The notes under the pieces are model-generated. The model did no database searches, was not told the origin of the DNA, and saw only the letters and a list, made by a program, of their open reading frames with translations. DNA of 64,000 bases, taken from assembly GCA_019358935.1 (NCBI GenBank), contig JAHHIK010000002.1, forward strand, positions 64,001-128,000, written 5' to 3'. Position numbers and translations under genes: made by a program. This stretch comes from Tolypothrix carrinoi HA7290-LM1 (GTDB taxonomy: Bacteria; Cyanobacteriota; Cyanobacteriia; Cyanobacteriales; Nostocaceae). Shown in pieces: positions 53,762-62,261 of the stretch. Each line of letters opens with the position of its first letter. Within the stretch, counting starts at the first letter, position 1.

Positions 53762-54211
53762 ATGGAACGCACATTTTTAGCAATTAAGCCTGATGGGGTA
53801 CAGCGCGGACTGGTGGGTGAGATTATCCGTCGCTTTGAAACGAAAGGCTTTACTCTGGTTGGCTTGAAGTTTCTCAAACCCAGTCGGGAATTGGCTGAAG
53901 CGCACTACGACGTTCACCGGGAAAGACCCTTTTTTGCTGGGTTGGTGGAGTTTATCACCTCTGGACCGGTGGTAGCGATGGTTTGGGAAGGTGATGGCGT
54001 AATCGCCTCTGCGAGAAAGATAATTGGCGCTACAAACCCACTGAATGCGGAACCAGGGACAATTCGGGGCGATTTAGGCGTAAATATTGGTCGCAACATC
54101 ATACACGGTTCCGATGCTCCGGAAACCGCCCAAAAGGAAGTTTCGCTGTGGTTTAAGGAAGATGAATTAGTCGGTTGGCAACCCGATATTATGCGTTGGT
54201 TGCACGAGTAA
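53762..54211 (+). CDS. ndk: Nucleoside diphosphate kinase
   Basis: [41 protein letters not shown]. The upstream ORF extension is repeat DNA. Confidence 0.97.
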   Translation: MERTFLAIKPDGVQRGLVGEIIRRFETKGFTLVGLKFLKPSRELAEAHYDVHRERPFFAGLVEFITSGPVVAMVWEGDGVIASARKIIGATNPLNAEPGTIRGDLGVNIGRNIIHGSDAPETAQKEVSLWFKEDELVGWQPDIMRWLHE

Positions 54212-54214
54212 TTT

Positions 54215-54430
54215 AGGGAATGGGGAATGGGTAATTGGGAATGGGTAATTGGGAATAGGTAATTGAGAATGGGTAATTGGGAAAATTCCTACTCCCTACT
54301 CCCCAACGCCAGTCGCCTCAAGCCGGGAGACCCGTCCACGGCGCTGGCTCCTCCCCACTCCCTACTACGCCACTTGCTTCAAGCCGGGGAACCCGTCCAA
54401 CGCAGTGGCTCCCCTACTCCCTACTCCCTT
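54215..54430. repeat. Inverted STRR arrays with two embedded structured small repeats (54306-54350, 54367-54411)
   Basis: (GGGAATG/GGTAATT)n followed by (CCCTACT)n. Confidence 0.75.
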
Positions 54431-55145
54431 CCACTACTTCGCTCTTTTCGGGTTCTTTTGATAATTGTGGGGTAGTGCGCTTAGAAAAGCCCCAGGCAAA
54501 AACGAGGGCGATCGCACCAATCATCGCCCATTCTGGCGGAACAAAGCTATCGTTGACGACTTTCAGGAGCAAGCGCAAGCCTACCAAAGCTACAGTGATA
54601 TAGCCTGCGTCTTCTAAATAGACATACTCATCCAACCACTTGATAAACAAACCCGCCATATATCGCAGGGTGATAATCCCAATAGTTGCCCCTGTGAGTA
54701 CCAACCACTTTTCTTGAGAAACTGCGATCGCTGTTGTCACACTATCCAAAGAAAATGCTAAATCCGTGAAAGCAATCACCGGGATCGCTTGCAATAGTGA
54801 GTTAAAGCGGGGACCGTGATGCTGGTTATCTTCGCCTTCTTCTGAGGTAAAATGTTGGAATACCAGCCATAGCAGGTAAGCAGCACCCAATACGTTAAAT
54901 TGCCAAAATTGTTGCACCCAAGTTGCGGTGAGAATTAGGGTGATGCGTAGCACGTAGGCAACGACTAAGCCGACATTTAGTGCTTTACGTTCGAGTTCTT
55001 TGTCTTCGAGTCCTTGGGCGATCGCAGCGAGGGCGATCGCATTGTCAGCAGATAGTACAGCCTCTAGTAAAATCAGAACGAGTAAGACTAGAGGTGCTTC
55101 GACGCTGAAGTGAAAGTGAAGATAATCAAAAATTTGGTCTAACAT
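54414..55145 (-). CDS. TerC family integral membrane protein
   Basis: LEAVLSADNA, DLAFSLDSV motifs. Confidence 0.92.
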   Translation of the reverse strand: MLDQIFDYLHFHFSVEAPLVLLVLILLEAVLSADNAIALAAIAQGLEDKELERKALNVGLVVAYVLRITLILTATWVQQFWQFNVLGAAYLLWLVFQHFTSEEGEDNQHHGPRFNSLLQAIPVIAFTDLAFSLDSVTTAIAVSQEKWLVLTGATIGIITLRYMAGLFIKWLDEYVYLEDAGYITVALVGLRLLLKVVNDSFVPPEWAMIGAIALVFAWGFSKRTTPQLSKEPEKSEVVEGSRE

Positions 55146-55480
55146 TCAGATTTTTTTTAAACCGCACCTTGAAAAAGTCAGTATAAGGGCAAGTGTAAAT
55201 TGAAAATAGGGATTAATTTCCCTCTTTAATACAGCTTAACAGGCAAGCGGGTGATTTCTGTTTATGCGCTATGCGCGATTTGACGGCACAAGCATACTGC
55301 CTTCGCGTAGCGTCTCCCCTTGGGAGAAGAAATAAATGCCCAGCCGTCAAACAAGCGATCCTCGACACCCACGAATAATTTCAACACACGGAACCGGGAT
55401 TTATTTTTATGGATCACTCCAAGAAAAAATTTTTGCAAAGCTGAAGGTAACGCGATCGCCTGAATCTCTTGACAAAACAA

Positions 55481-55822
55481 TTAATTAATGCATAATACAA
55501 TTGCTAAAGCTTTGTTGATATTCTGCATTTGCTCATCTGACAAAATTCCCAGTTGGCGAACTAATCTCTGCTGCGAGATTGAACGTACTTGAAATGTATC
55601 AGCAGCAGAAGTTTTACTTAAACTATTTTCAGCGTTGGGTTCTAATCGAACCATCCACGGAACTCCTGCAAAAGCGTCATTCCATGCAGTAATTGGTACA
55701 ACAAGTTTTAGCCGTCAAGTACCAATTTCATCATTATTAACAATAATTGCGGGTCGGGTTTTGCTAATTTCGTCTCCGACAGTGGGGTCAGAATTAAAAA
55801 GCCAAATTTGACCTCTACGCAT
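55481..55822 (-). pseudogene. PemK/MazF toxin with an in-frame TGA at codon 36
   Basis: MRRGQIW...DPTVGDEISKTRPAIIVNNDEIGT*RLKLVVPIT...ADTFQVRSISQQRLVRQLG. Stop codon at 55715-55717; not listed in the ORF track. Confidence 0.88.
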
Positions 55823-56078
55823 AATCTTCATATTCATAGAAGTCTTGCGTATCGCGGTCAGCGAAAATTACTACCTCACTTCCTTCCTCGTAAAAAGAAC
55901 GCATAACTTCAGCAGCTTCACTTAAACTCAGTTGTTTTTGAAGAGTAACTTTTGATTTGGCAACGATTTCTTGACGAATTAACTTTGATGCTATTTCAAT
56001 TATTTCCAAACGTTCTTCAGTGGTCATCTTTTTCAGCGCTTCTAAGACTTCTGCTTTGGTCATAGCTGTTAGAGTCAC
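55815..56078 (-). CDS. Putative antitoxin of the PemK/MazF toxin
   Basis: Small ORF with acidic tail, overlapping the toxin start by 8 nt. Confidence 0.75.
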   Translation of the reverse strand: MTLTAMTKAEVLEALKKMTTEERLEIIEIASKLIRQEIVAKSKVTLQKQLSLSEAAEVMRSFYEEGSEVVIFADRDTQDFYEYEDYA

Positions 56079-56224
56079 ATATATTCTTAAAATAGCCTTA
56101 AACTGATGCTAACACGCCTTTTATGGTATCAATAATATTAAGCGATCGCGCGTCAGACAGGATCGCACAAAATCTCACACCCTAATTTACACGCGATCGC
56201 CTACTTAATTACTATGCGATCGCT

Positions 56225-56375
56225 TTGCTGCCTGCGATTATGTCTTTGATTCAGCCTTCTGGCTGGAGCCAACTGGGTATAAAACCCCACCGTCTACACG
56301 GTGTCTTCAATCGGTTGGGGTTTGAATCCCCATCCGATTGCTCCTTCAGCATAGCTGCCTCCTGCCCTCTGCCTT
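56225..56375. repeat. Probable small inserted repeat element (CTGCCT-rich ends, internal GGGGTTTGAATCCCC hairpin) truncating the post-zorB ORF
   Basis: Composition switches abruptly; hairpins ATCGGTTGGGG...CCCCATCCGAT and CACCGTCTACACGGTG. Confidence 0.45.
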
Positions 56376-56537
56376 TCTTCAATGCGATAATTGAAACGCA
56401 ACCACTCAACTAGCTGCGGATGATTGCTAGCTACTTTTTTGGAAACATTTGTTAGTAAATGATTAACAGCATTTACCTGTTTTTCTACCGACATTTCATT
56501 TAAACAGCGTAACAACCAATCGACTTGCTGCACTCAC
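56376..56537 (-). pseudogene. Remnant of the gene downstream of zorB (possibly an EH-signature/ZorC-like fragment)
   Basis: Protein-like helical stretch QQVDWLLRCLNEMSVEKQVNAVNHLL...PQLVEWLR abuts the zorB stop, then runs into repeat DNA. The ZorC identity is inferred from position. Confidence 0.45.
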
Positions 56538-57205
56538 GGTTTTTTCTCTAAGAAAGTGGAATTGGGATGAGATTTTTTTGCTAATTCATCGCTACGAAAT
56601 TGAAAGCGGAAAACTACCTTGCGATCGCCTGGGTTATCGCGAGTCTTATCAGCTTCTATTTCTCCACGACCAGCGGCTAATACTTTTTGGCTTAAAGGCG
56701 CTTTTGTGGTAAAATTAATGTCAGAAAAAATGAACTTGGCAACTGATGAAGACCGCAACAAGCTAAGTTGTAAGTTAGTTTGGTAGTCTCCTTCAGAACT
56801 GGTGTGACCTTCGATAATTACGCGGCTAATTTCTTTCTCGAATTCGGGTTTTGAGAAAATCACTCCACTGTAAACGGGAATAAAGCTACGAAGAAAAGCT
56901 TTACCTTCGGGTTTCAGTTCGGTACTTCCCTGAGCAAAAAGAATTGATTCTTGGATACTTACATCCCCGGTTTCTGGGTTGACTTTGACGTTAATGTTGT
57001 TACTTTTCATTTCTCCAACAACATTGCCAATTACCACTCTTTTTGGTGCATCTTTCTCTGCTAGCTGAAGTAGTGCAGTAATAAAAAGTAGCATAAAAAA
57101 CATCAGTAAACCTGACATCAAATCGCCAATAGATAAATAGATACTAGAATCATCATCCTCAGCAATTTCTGATTCAAAAAAATCGCCTTTTGTGAAATCA
57201 TTCAT
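56534..57205 (-). CDS. zorB: ZorB-like OmpA/MotB-family protein
   Basis: TM helix SIGDLMSGLLMFF with the conserved Asp; IEGHT, NLQLSLLRS, DRKVVFRF; overlaps zorA by 8 nt. Confidence 0.8.
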   Translation of the reverse strand: MNDFTKGDFFESEIAEDDDSSIYLSIGDLMSGLLMFFMLLFITALLQLAEKDAPKRVVIGNVVGEMKSNNINVKVNPETGDVSIQESILFAQGSTELKPEGKAFLRSFIPVYSGVIFSKPEFEKEISRVIIEGHTSSEGDYQTNLQLSLLRSSSVAKFIFSDINFTTKAPLSQKVLAAGRGEIEADKTRDNPGDRKVVFRFQFRSDELAKKSHPNSTFLEKKP

Positions 57206-59126
57206 GATGGTTATTCCCGTTACCTATGTCATTGTTGTTTTTTACAGCTATTAGGACATTAGCTGTATGTAGTAAACCTCCGCAAACCCCAGCCATAGCA
57301 GTATCGGCTTGTTTGAAGAAGCTTTCTTGTAAGTCAACAGTTCGCTTCATAGAACTTTCAAGGTGACTATGCCAAGCTTGAAGACTATGGTCAAACTTTG
57401 CATTCAAATTCCTGTATGAATTGTCCACAATCTGCACTTGCTGTCCAATACCAGTAGCAAGTTTTTCGAGTTGTATCAGTCGTTGTGCATCGTTTAACCC
57501 AGCCGCACTAACTAAGTTATTTATTTGTTGGACAGTTCCTTGAATTTTATTCATACTTTGGTCTACTTCTTGAGTCAACTCACTGCGTCTTTTAGCTTCA
57601 TCTTGAAAAACGGTATCCAAATTAGTCACTACCGCAGCTAAACCATCGCGTTGTTTGCCTAGTGTCCCTTCCAGTAAGTTATTTTGTTGTGTAAAGAATG
57701 CCTGTAGATTCGCTTGATATTGTTCTCGGAATTGTGTTAAATCCTCTTGCACCGTTTGACGAGTTGCTGTGAGTGTGTGGTCGATATTTCCTAATGTGGC
57801 AATAAGATTCTCTTGACTACGATTCATCAGTTGACAAGCTTGATTACCGACTGTTTCCAGAGTGTTAGTCTGCTGCTCGAAGGCTGTATTTGCTTGTGCG
57901 AGAATGTGGATAATTCCAGTCCGAGTAGCTTGAAGCATTTGCTTTTCTACTTCTGCTCGTTTTTGCAACGCTGTTTCAAGTTCCTCTCTAATTCCTCGGA
58001 ATGTATCAGCCGCATTTTCTGCACTTGCTTCAAAAGCACTTTGTTGAACTGTCATTCCTTGAATACTTTGCTCGATAGCTCGATTAATATCGTGAGCGGT
58101 TTGTTCTAAAACACCTTTTGTATCTGTTTGAAATTGATTCAAAGTTTGTTTGAGATTGTTAGCGAAGTCTTGGAGGCTAACTAAAGTCTCTTTTTGAAAG
58201 TTTTGAATTGTGACGATGGAACTTGCCAAATCTTTGTGGAGAATTAACACAGCTTCGGAAGCTTGCTGAGTTAATTCTGCACTTTTATCTAAGCGATCGC
58301 CTATCGGTTCAAATACCTCAATTCGCAAATTTTTAATAAGTTCTTCTAAAACTCTTTGTCCCTGGTTTTCTTGGAGTTCTCTGAGCTTTTGCTGCTCTTG
58401 TAATATTCCTCGCAGTGCTGGTAAAATAACTGACTGCATCTGCTGTCCTACAGCTTCTCCAATAGCTTCAGCACTCAAGTTTATCCCTGTGAACTTGTCT
58501 GCTACAAGGTTAAGAACTTGTGCTACTTCATAGTTAGCGTTGTCTGCTGTTTGTATGGCGATCGCTTTCAACTTTTGTCTTAAATCATCACGTCGTTTCT
58601 GACGTAGCGAATCACATATAAACAAAATTATCGTGAACAAGCTACCAGAACCAAGTCCCATCAAGGAAGTAGAAAAAGCTGTTTTCATTCCCACCAATAA
58701 TTCCTTACTGGAATTCATTAGCTGCTGGGAACTTGTTGTATCTAAATTGATTCCTTGTAACCCCTGTTGAATACCATAAAAGGTTCCCAAAACACCAATT
58801 GCAGTACACAAGGTAGTCACGAAACGCAGGGAACTACGAGGTATTGGACGCGCTAAAACAACTGGATACTTTATAAGTATGAATTTGCCATTTTGAATTT
58901 GTAGATGTTCGTCTTTCCACTGATGAAGCTTTAAATTATCCTGTTTTTGACTTTTTTTCGGATTTTTCAAACTCTGAATTGCAGCTGCTGTTTCTCCGCA
59001 TTCTGAATACCAATACTGCCATAATGTATAAAGCTCAACAATAATTGCCACAAATAATACAATGGCAGTTGCCCAATGAAAAGGCTCGCTATCCCAAACT
59101 ATGCCCCAAATTTGTGCTAAATTCAC
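57198..59126 (-). CDS. zorA: ZorA-like MotA/TolQ/ExbB membrane protein with a long coiled-coil tail
   Basis: Three TM segments with TAIGVLGTFYGI and GMKTAFSTSLMG motifs, then about 460 aa of Q/E/L/A-rich helical tail. Confidence 0.8.
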   Translation of the reverse strand: MNLAQIWGIVWDSEPFHWATAIVLFVAIIVELYTLWQYWYSECGETAAAIQSLKNPKKSQKQDNLKLHQWKDEHLQIQNGKFILIKYPVVLARPIPRSSLRFVTTLCTAIGVLGTFYGIQQGLQGINLDTTSSQQLMNSSKELLVGMKTAFSTSLMGLGSGSLFTIILFICDSLRQKRRDDLRQKLKAIAIQTADNANYEVAQVLNLVADKFTGINLSAEAIGEAVGQQMQSVILPALRGILQEQQKLRELQENQGQRVLEELIKNLRIEVFEPIGDRLDKSAELTQQASEAVLILHKDLASSIVTIQNFQKETLVSLQDFANNLKQTLNQFQTDTKGVLEQTAHDINRAIEQSIQGMTVQQSAFEASAENAADTFRGIREELETALQKRAEVEKQMLQATRTGIIHILAQANTAFEQQTNTLETVGNQACQLMNRSQENLIATLGNIDHTLTATRQTVQEDLTQFREQYQANLQAFFTQQNNLLEGTLGKQRDGLAAVVTNLDTVFQDEAKRRSELTQEVDQSMNKIQGTVQQINNLVSAAGLNDAQRLIQLEKLATGIGQQVQIVDNSYRNLNAKFDHSLQAWHSHLESSMKRTVDLQESFFKQADTAMAGVCGGLLHTANVLIAVKNNNDIGNGNNHHE

Positions 59127-59152
59127 GCAACACCCCTTGTGATTACTGTTAA

Positions 59153-59497
59153 TTATTTTTTGCTAAATTGCTTCAATTCTTTATCGGTGAGAACCTGATA
59201 AGCCACCCGCACAGGAATATGTTCTGCATACAAACGGTTGCCTATAGGTTCTCGCAAATATAAGCTGTAAAGCGCTTCACCTTCTGCCTGTTTATCTTCA
59301 ACTAAATAAACTTGTGCTGGTGCATAGCTTCTTAACAACCGCACCTGCAAACACGTTTTCAAATCCCGCGAGGAAGTAGATAAAGGCGAATTTTCTCCAA
59401 AGAGTTCGCAAGCTACTTTCCAAGCGTGATTAATCGCTACAATCTCCTTAACCAACTGTTCGACAGAGGGATTTAACAGTTCTTTAGTTTCAGCCAT
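59153..59497 (-). CDS. Hypothetical protein, likely first gene of the zorAB operon
   Basis: 114-aa ORF ending 26 bp before the zorA start on the same strand. Confidence 0.7.
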   Translation of the reverse strand: MAETKELLNPSVEQLVKEIVAINHAWKVACELFGENSPLSTSSRDLKTCLQVRLLRSYAPAQVYLVEDKQAEGEALYSLYLREPIGNRLYAEHIPVRVAYQVLTDKELKQFSKK

Positions 59498-59628
59498 TAA
59501 TGCTTTTGCCTTATTTGCTATGTTGCTTTCAACAAACTTATTTTTCCCACAAATAAGGCTGATCTAACTTTTGCGATCAAATAGCAATTTTTGACGCGGT
59601 GAGTGCGATCGCTTCTCAAGAAATACTC

Positions 59629-60076
59629 AAGTGTAAATAAATACTCCTAAACGTAGTAAGCGGCTCTATCCCTTAAAATCGAAGCAATGAGCGGTAAACC
59701 GCTCACTAAGAACTAATACCAATTCTATGTGAGGTTGCGCTTTATTCACGTAGGGGCAATTCATGAATTGCCCCTACGGAGAAGAAATATAACTTATCTG
59801 TAGGGGAGCCAGTTGCATGGGCGGGTTTCCCGACTTGAGCAAACTGGCGTTGTGTTATGCAGTATAGCAACACACCTTGAATTCTTGACGGTGCGTTGCG
59901 CTGAAAGACAACACAACGGCAATAAAGCGCGGCGTTGCCTGCTCAGAGGATTCTGTCCGTCGAACCGCCTTGGGAGGAACATCCACACCGCTTTAAGCCG
60001 GACCCTACATTTAAATTTCTAACGTTTAGAAGAGCGTAAAATTTACTGTAGAGACGTTTCATGAAACGTCTCTACA
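59629..60076. repeat. Cluster of REP-like palindromes and small dispersed repeats
   Basis: Copies at 59629-59708, 59749-59778, 59806-59850, a GTAGGG...CCCTAC composite at 59800-60008, and 60047-60076. Confidence 0.75.
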
Positions 60077-60080
60077 TTAT

Positions 60081-60506
60081 TTATGCTAACTTTGACAACA
60101 GACTATTTGCTAAATTCAATAATTCCATATTATCTATTTCACAAGCATCATAATTATTTTCGCTACCAGCTAAGATATTTATGACAGCATATAATCTGTC
60201 ATTTTCTTCGCTAAGGCTAAGACATTCTTCTAAATTGACTGCAATATCAAACAAAGAACGTTCTCCTAATATCTGCCTCACCCTCACAGCTACATCATCA
60301 TTACTTACCAAAAATTCTTTAATCGTGTCTAAAGTTGATTCTTCTCCCCACCTTTCCAACCAATCTCCATGCACATCTTCAACATAAAGATGGACAAAAT
60401 CAATTCCATAATTTAGCCAATCCTGCTGCATGTTTCGTGCCGTAGCTAAAGCTTCAGAAAATCTATCTACTTGTTGGTTGCTGTTAGTTTCTCGTTGGTT
60501 AGGCAT
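60081..60506 (-). CDS. Acidic hypothetical protein
   Basis: 141-aa ATG ORF, D/E-rich, co-oriented with its neighbours. Confidence 0.65.
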   Translation of the reverse strand: MPNQRETNSNQQVDRFSEALATARNMQQDWLNYGIDFVHLYVEDVHGDWLERWGEESTLDTIKEFLVSNDDVAVRVRQILGERSLFDIAVNLEECLSLSEENDRLYAVINILAGSENNYDACEIDNMELLNLANSLLSKLA

Positions 60507-60570
60507 AAATTATGCTATAAGTTGATTATTATGTAGGTTTAAAAAAATTAATATTAAAACTTTGACATTA

Positions 60571-61323
60571 TTAAAAATATTTTAAATACTTTCCGCCAGA
60601 AAGATAAGCGCTGTTAAATAGCGCCACGTTAACTAATTGGTTGATAAAATTAGCTTCTGCCGGATTGTAACTAAAAAATAGTCCTCTTTCTATTTCCCAC
60701 AAGACAAGTGTATTTTTCCAATATTGATACTTGTGCTGATTCAATTCTTCTGAGACGCTGGTAACTTGAATACAAAGTGGTTTCTGTTGACTGTTGCTGA
60801 TAATTAAATCTGTTGCCATAGAAAGGTCGGCAATATAACGCTGCCAAAAACTTCCCTCTCGACGGACAATATCTTTAGCTATTAATTTAATAATATCATT
60901 ATCGGCTCGATTAAACTCCCCCGCCATTAATTTTTGTCGCCAAATACCAAACTTGGGGTCTGTTTCATTTAGCCATTTCGGAAAAAGATACTGATACCAA
61001 TATCTCTCAGTAGGTGTCATTTGCGCGAACTTTGCTTGTTGTTCTTCTTCAGTAGGTAAAGATTGAATCACTAACCAAACAGTAGAATCGGCAATCACTT
61101 CCAAGAGAAAAGCAAGGACAAATGGTTTCGCAGTCAGCGAACCAACTTTTATATCTTTTACCCAACGATTAATTTCATCTAATCTTCTCGCTAAATTGGG
61201 GTCTAGCGAGGAGGCTTGCTCAATGAGAAACTTTAGCTTCTCCTTAATCTCTTTTGCTTGCAAACGATGCCCTAATTTCAGTAACAAAAGCTCTATTATA
61301 AATTTATACCGATTTGTTGCCAA
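60571..61323 (-). CDS. Hypothetical protein, possible PD-(D/E)XK-like nuclease fold at the C-terminus
   Basis: 250-aa ORF; ADLSMATDLII...LCIQVT pattern. Confidence 0.6.
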   Translation of the reverse strand: MATNRYKFIIELLLLKLGHRLQAKEIKEKLKFLIEQASSLDPNLARRLDEINRWVKDIKVGSLTAKPFVLAFLLEVIADSTVWLVIQSLPTEEEQQAKFAQMTPTERYWYQYLFPKWLNETDPKFGIWRQKLMAGEFNRADNDIIKLIAKDIVRREGSFWQRYIADLSMATDLIISNSQQKPLCIQVTSVSEELNQHKYQYWKNTLVLWEIERGLFFSYNPAEANFINQLVNVALFNSAYLSGGKYLKYF

Positions 61324-61426
61324 AAAGATTTCCGTTTAAAAAAAATATATTTTAATGTTCTTTATTGTGAGTTGCGCTTTATTTACCCTGCGCCGAGCGC
61401 ACGCTACGCGTTCAGGCACCGAAGCC

Positions 61427-61633
61427 CTTGTCATTACCAACATATTTCAAAACCCTCGCTTTTGCCGCTATCTCGCCTTAGAATTTATTCTAAGGCTAAT
61501 AGCACAAGTCCATTAAAATGGACTGAAATCTTTATTTAGTCCTCTTTTAGAGGACTTTAGCTGTTAGACAACGGTTTATAACCGTTGGCGGGATAAGGGT
61601 TTTACGAGATAAATAAATGTTGCTAATGACAAG
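61427..61633. mobile_element. MITE with terminal inverted repeats and a target-site duplication
   Basis: Ends CTTGTCATTACCAACAT / ATGTTGCTAATGACAAG; direct repeat GGCACCGAAGCC at 61415-61426 and 61634-61645. Confidence 0.8.
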
Positions 61634-61759
61634 GGCACCGAAGCCGCTGGCTCTACGAACAGAGCTTACCTGCGTGGGCTAATTAGACGCATCTTCATAT
61701 AGAAAAGGTATTAATACAGTATTTCATTAATCTGATCGCTTTGTTAAATTTGGCAATAC

Positions 61760-61948
61760 CCTGCAATGCCAATGCATTCCGATGCAATCTTAATGCATCC
61801 CGATACAATGTTAATGCATCCCGATGCAATCTTAATGCATCCCGATACAATGTTAATGCATCCCGATGCAATCTTAATGCATCCCGATGCAATGTTAATG
61901 CATCCCGATGCAATCTTAATGCATCCCGATGCAATCTTAATGCATCCC
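61760..61948. repeat. 21-bp tandem array GAT(G/A)CAAT(C/G)TTAATGCATCCC, 8 copies + 1 degenerate
   Basis: Units start every 21 bp from 61781 to 61928. Confidence 0.95.
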
Positions 61949-61988
61949 CTTGCATTTAAAAACGCTGCGCTTTTACGCAAAACTTTAC

Positions 61989-62249
61989 TTAGTTATGGCG
62001 GATGTAAACTGACTGACCTGGCAATTTGGGCGCATTTTCTGGTAAAATGACGTAAGGATGAGCCTCAGAACCTCGACAATCAGCCTTAATATCATTAGTT
62101 ATCCTAGAAACCTTGTAAAACTCTCTGCGCCTGGAGCAGCTCTGGGTGAGCTTTAATAATAATACTTCAATCGGGCTTGGATATGAACTTTCAACTATGA
62201 GCCTTATAAACTCATCAAATGCGCGGTTTACCAACTTTGAATTTGGCAT
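61989..62249 (-). CDS. Possible small hypothetical protein
   Basis: ATG 12 bp after the NB-ARC-TPR stop on the same strand; no motif recognised. Confidence 0.3.
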   Translation of the reverse strand: MPNSKLVNRAFDEFIRLIVESSYPSPIEVLLLKLTQSCSRRREFYKVSRITNDIKADCRGSEAHPYVILPENAPKLPGQSVYIRHN

Positions 62250-62261
62250 TTCGCGTAGCGG

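Noticed and set aside
56534..59126. Flagellar motA/motB or chemotaxis receptor
   Set aside because: Cyanobacteria lack flagella; the long tail and TM motifs fit ZorA/ZorB better, and no MCP hairpin signature is visible.
61760..61948. CRISPR array
   Set aside because: Units are contiguous with no unique spacers, and there are no cas genes in the window. The same applies to 590-694.
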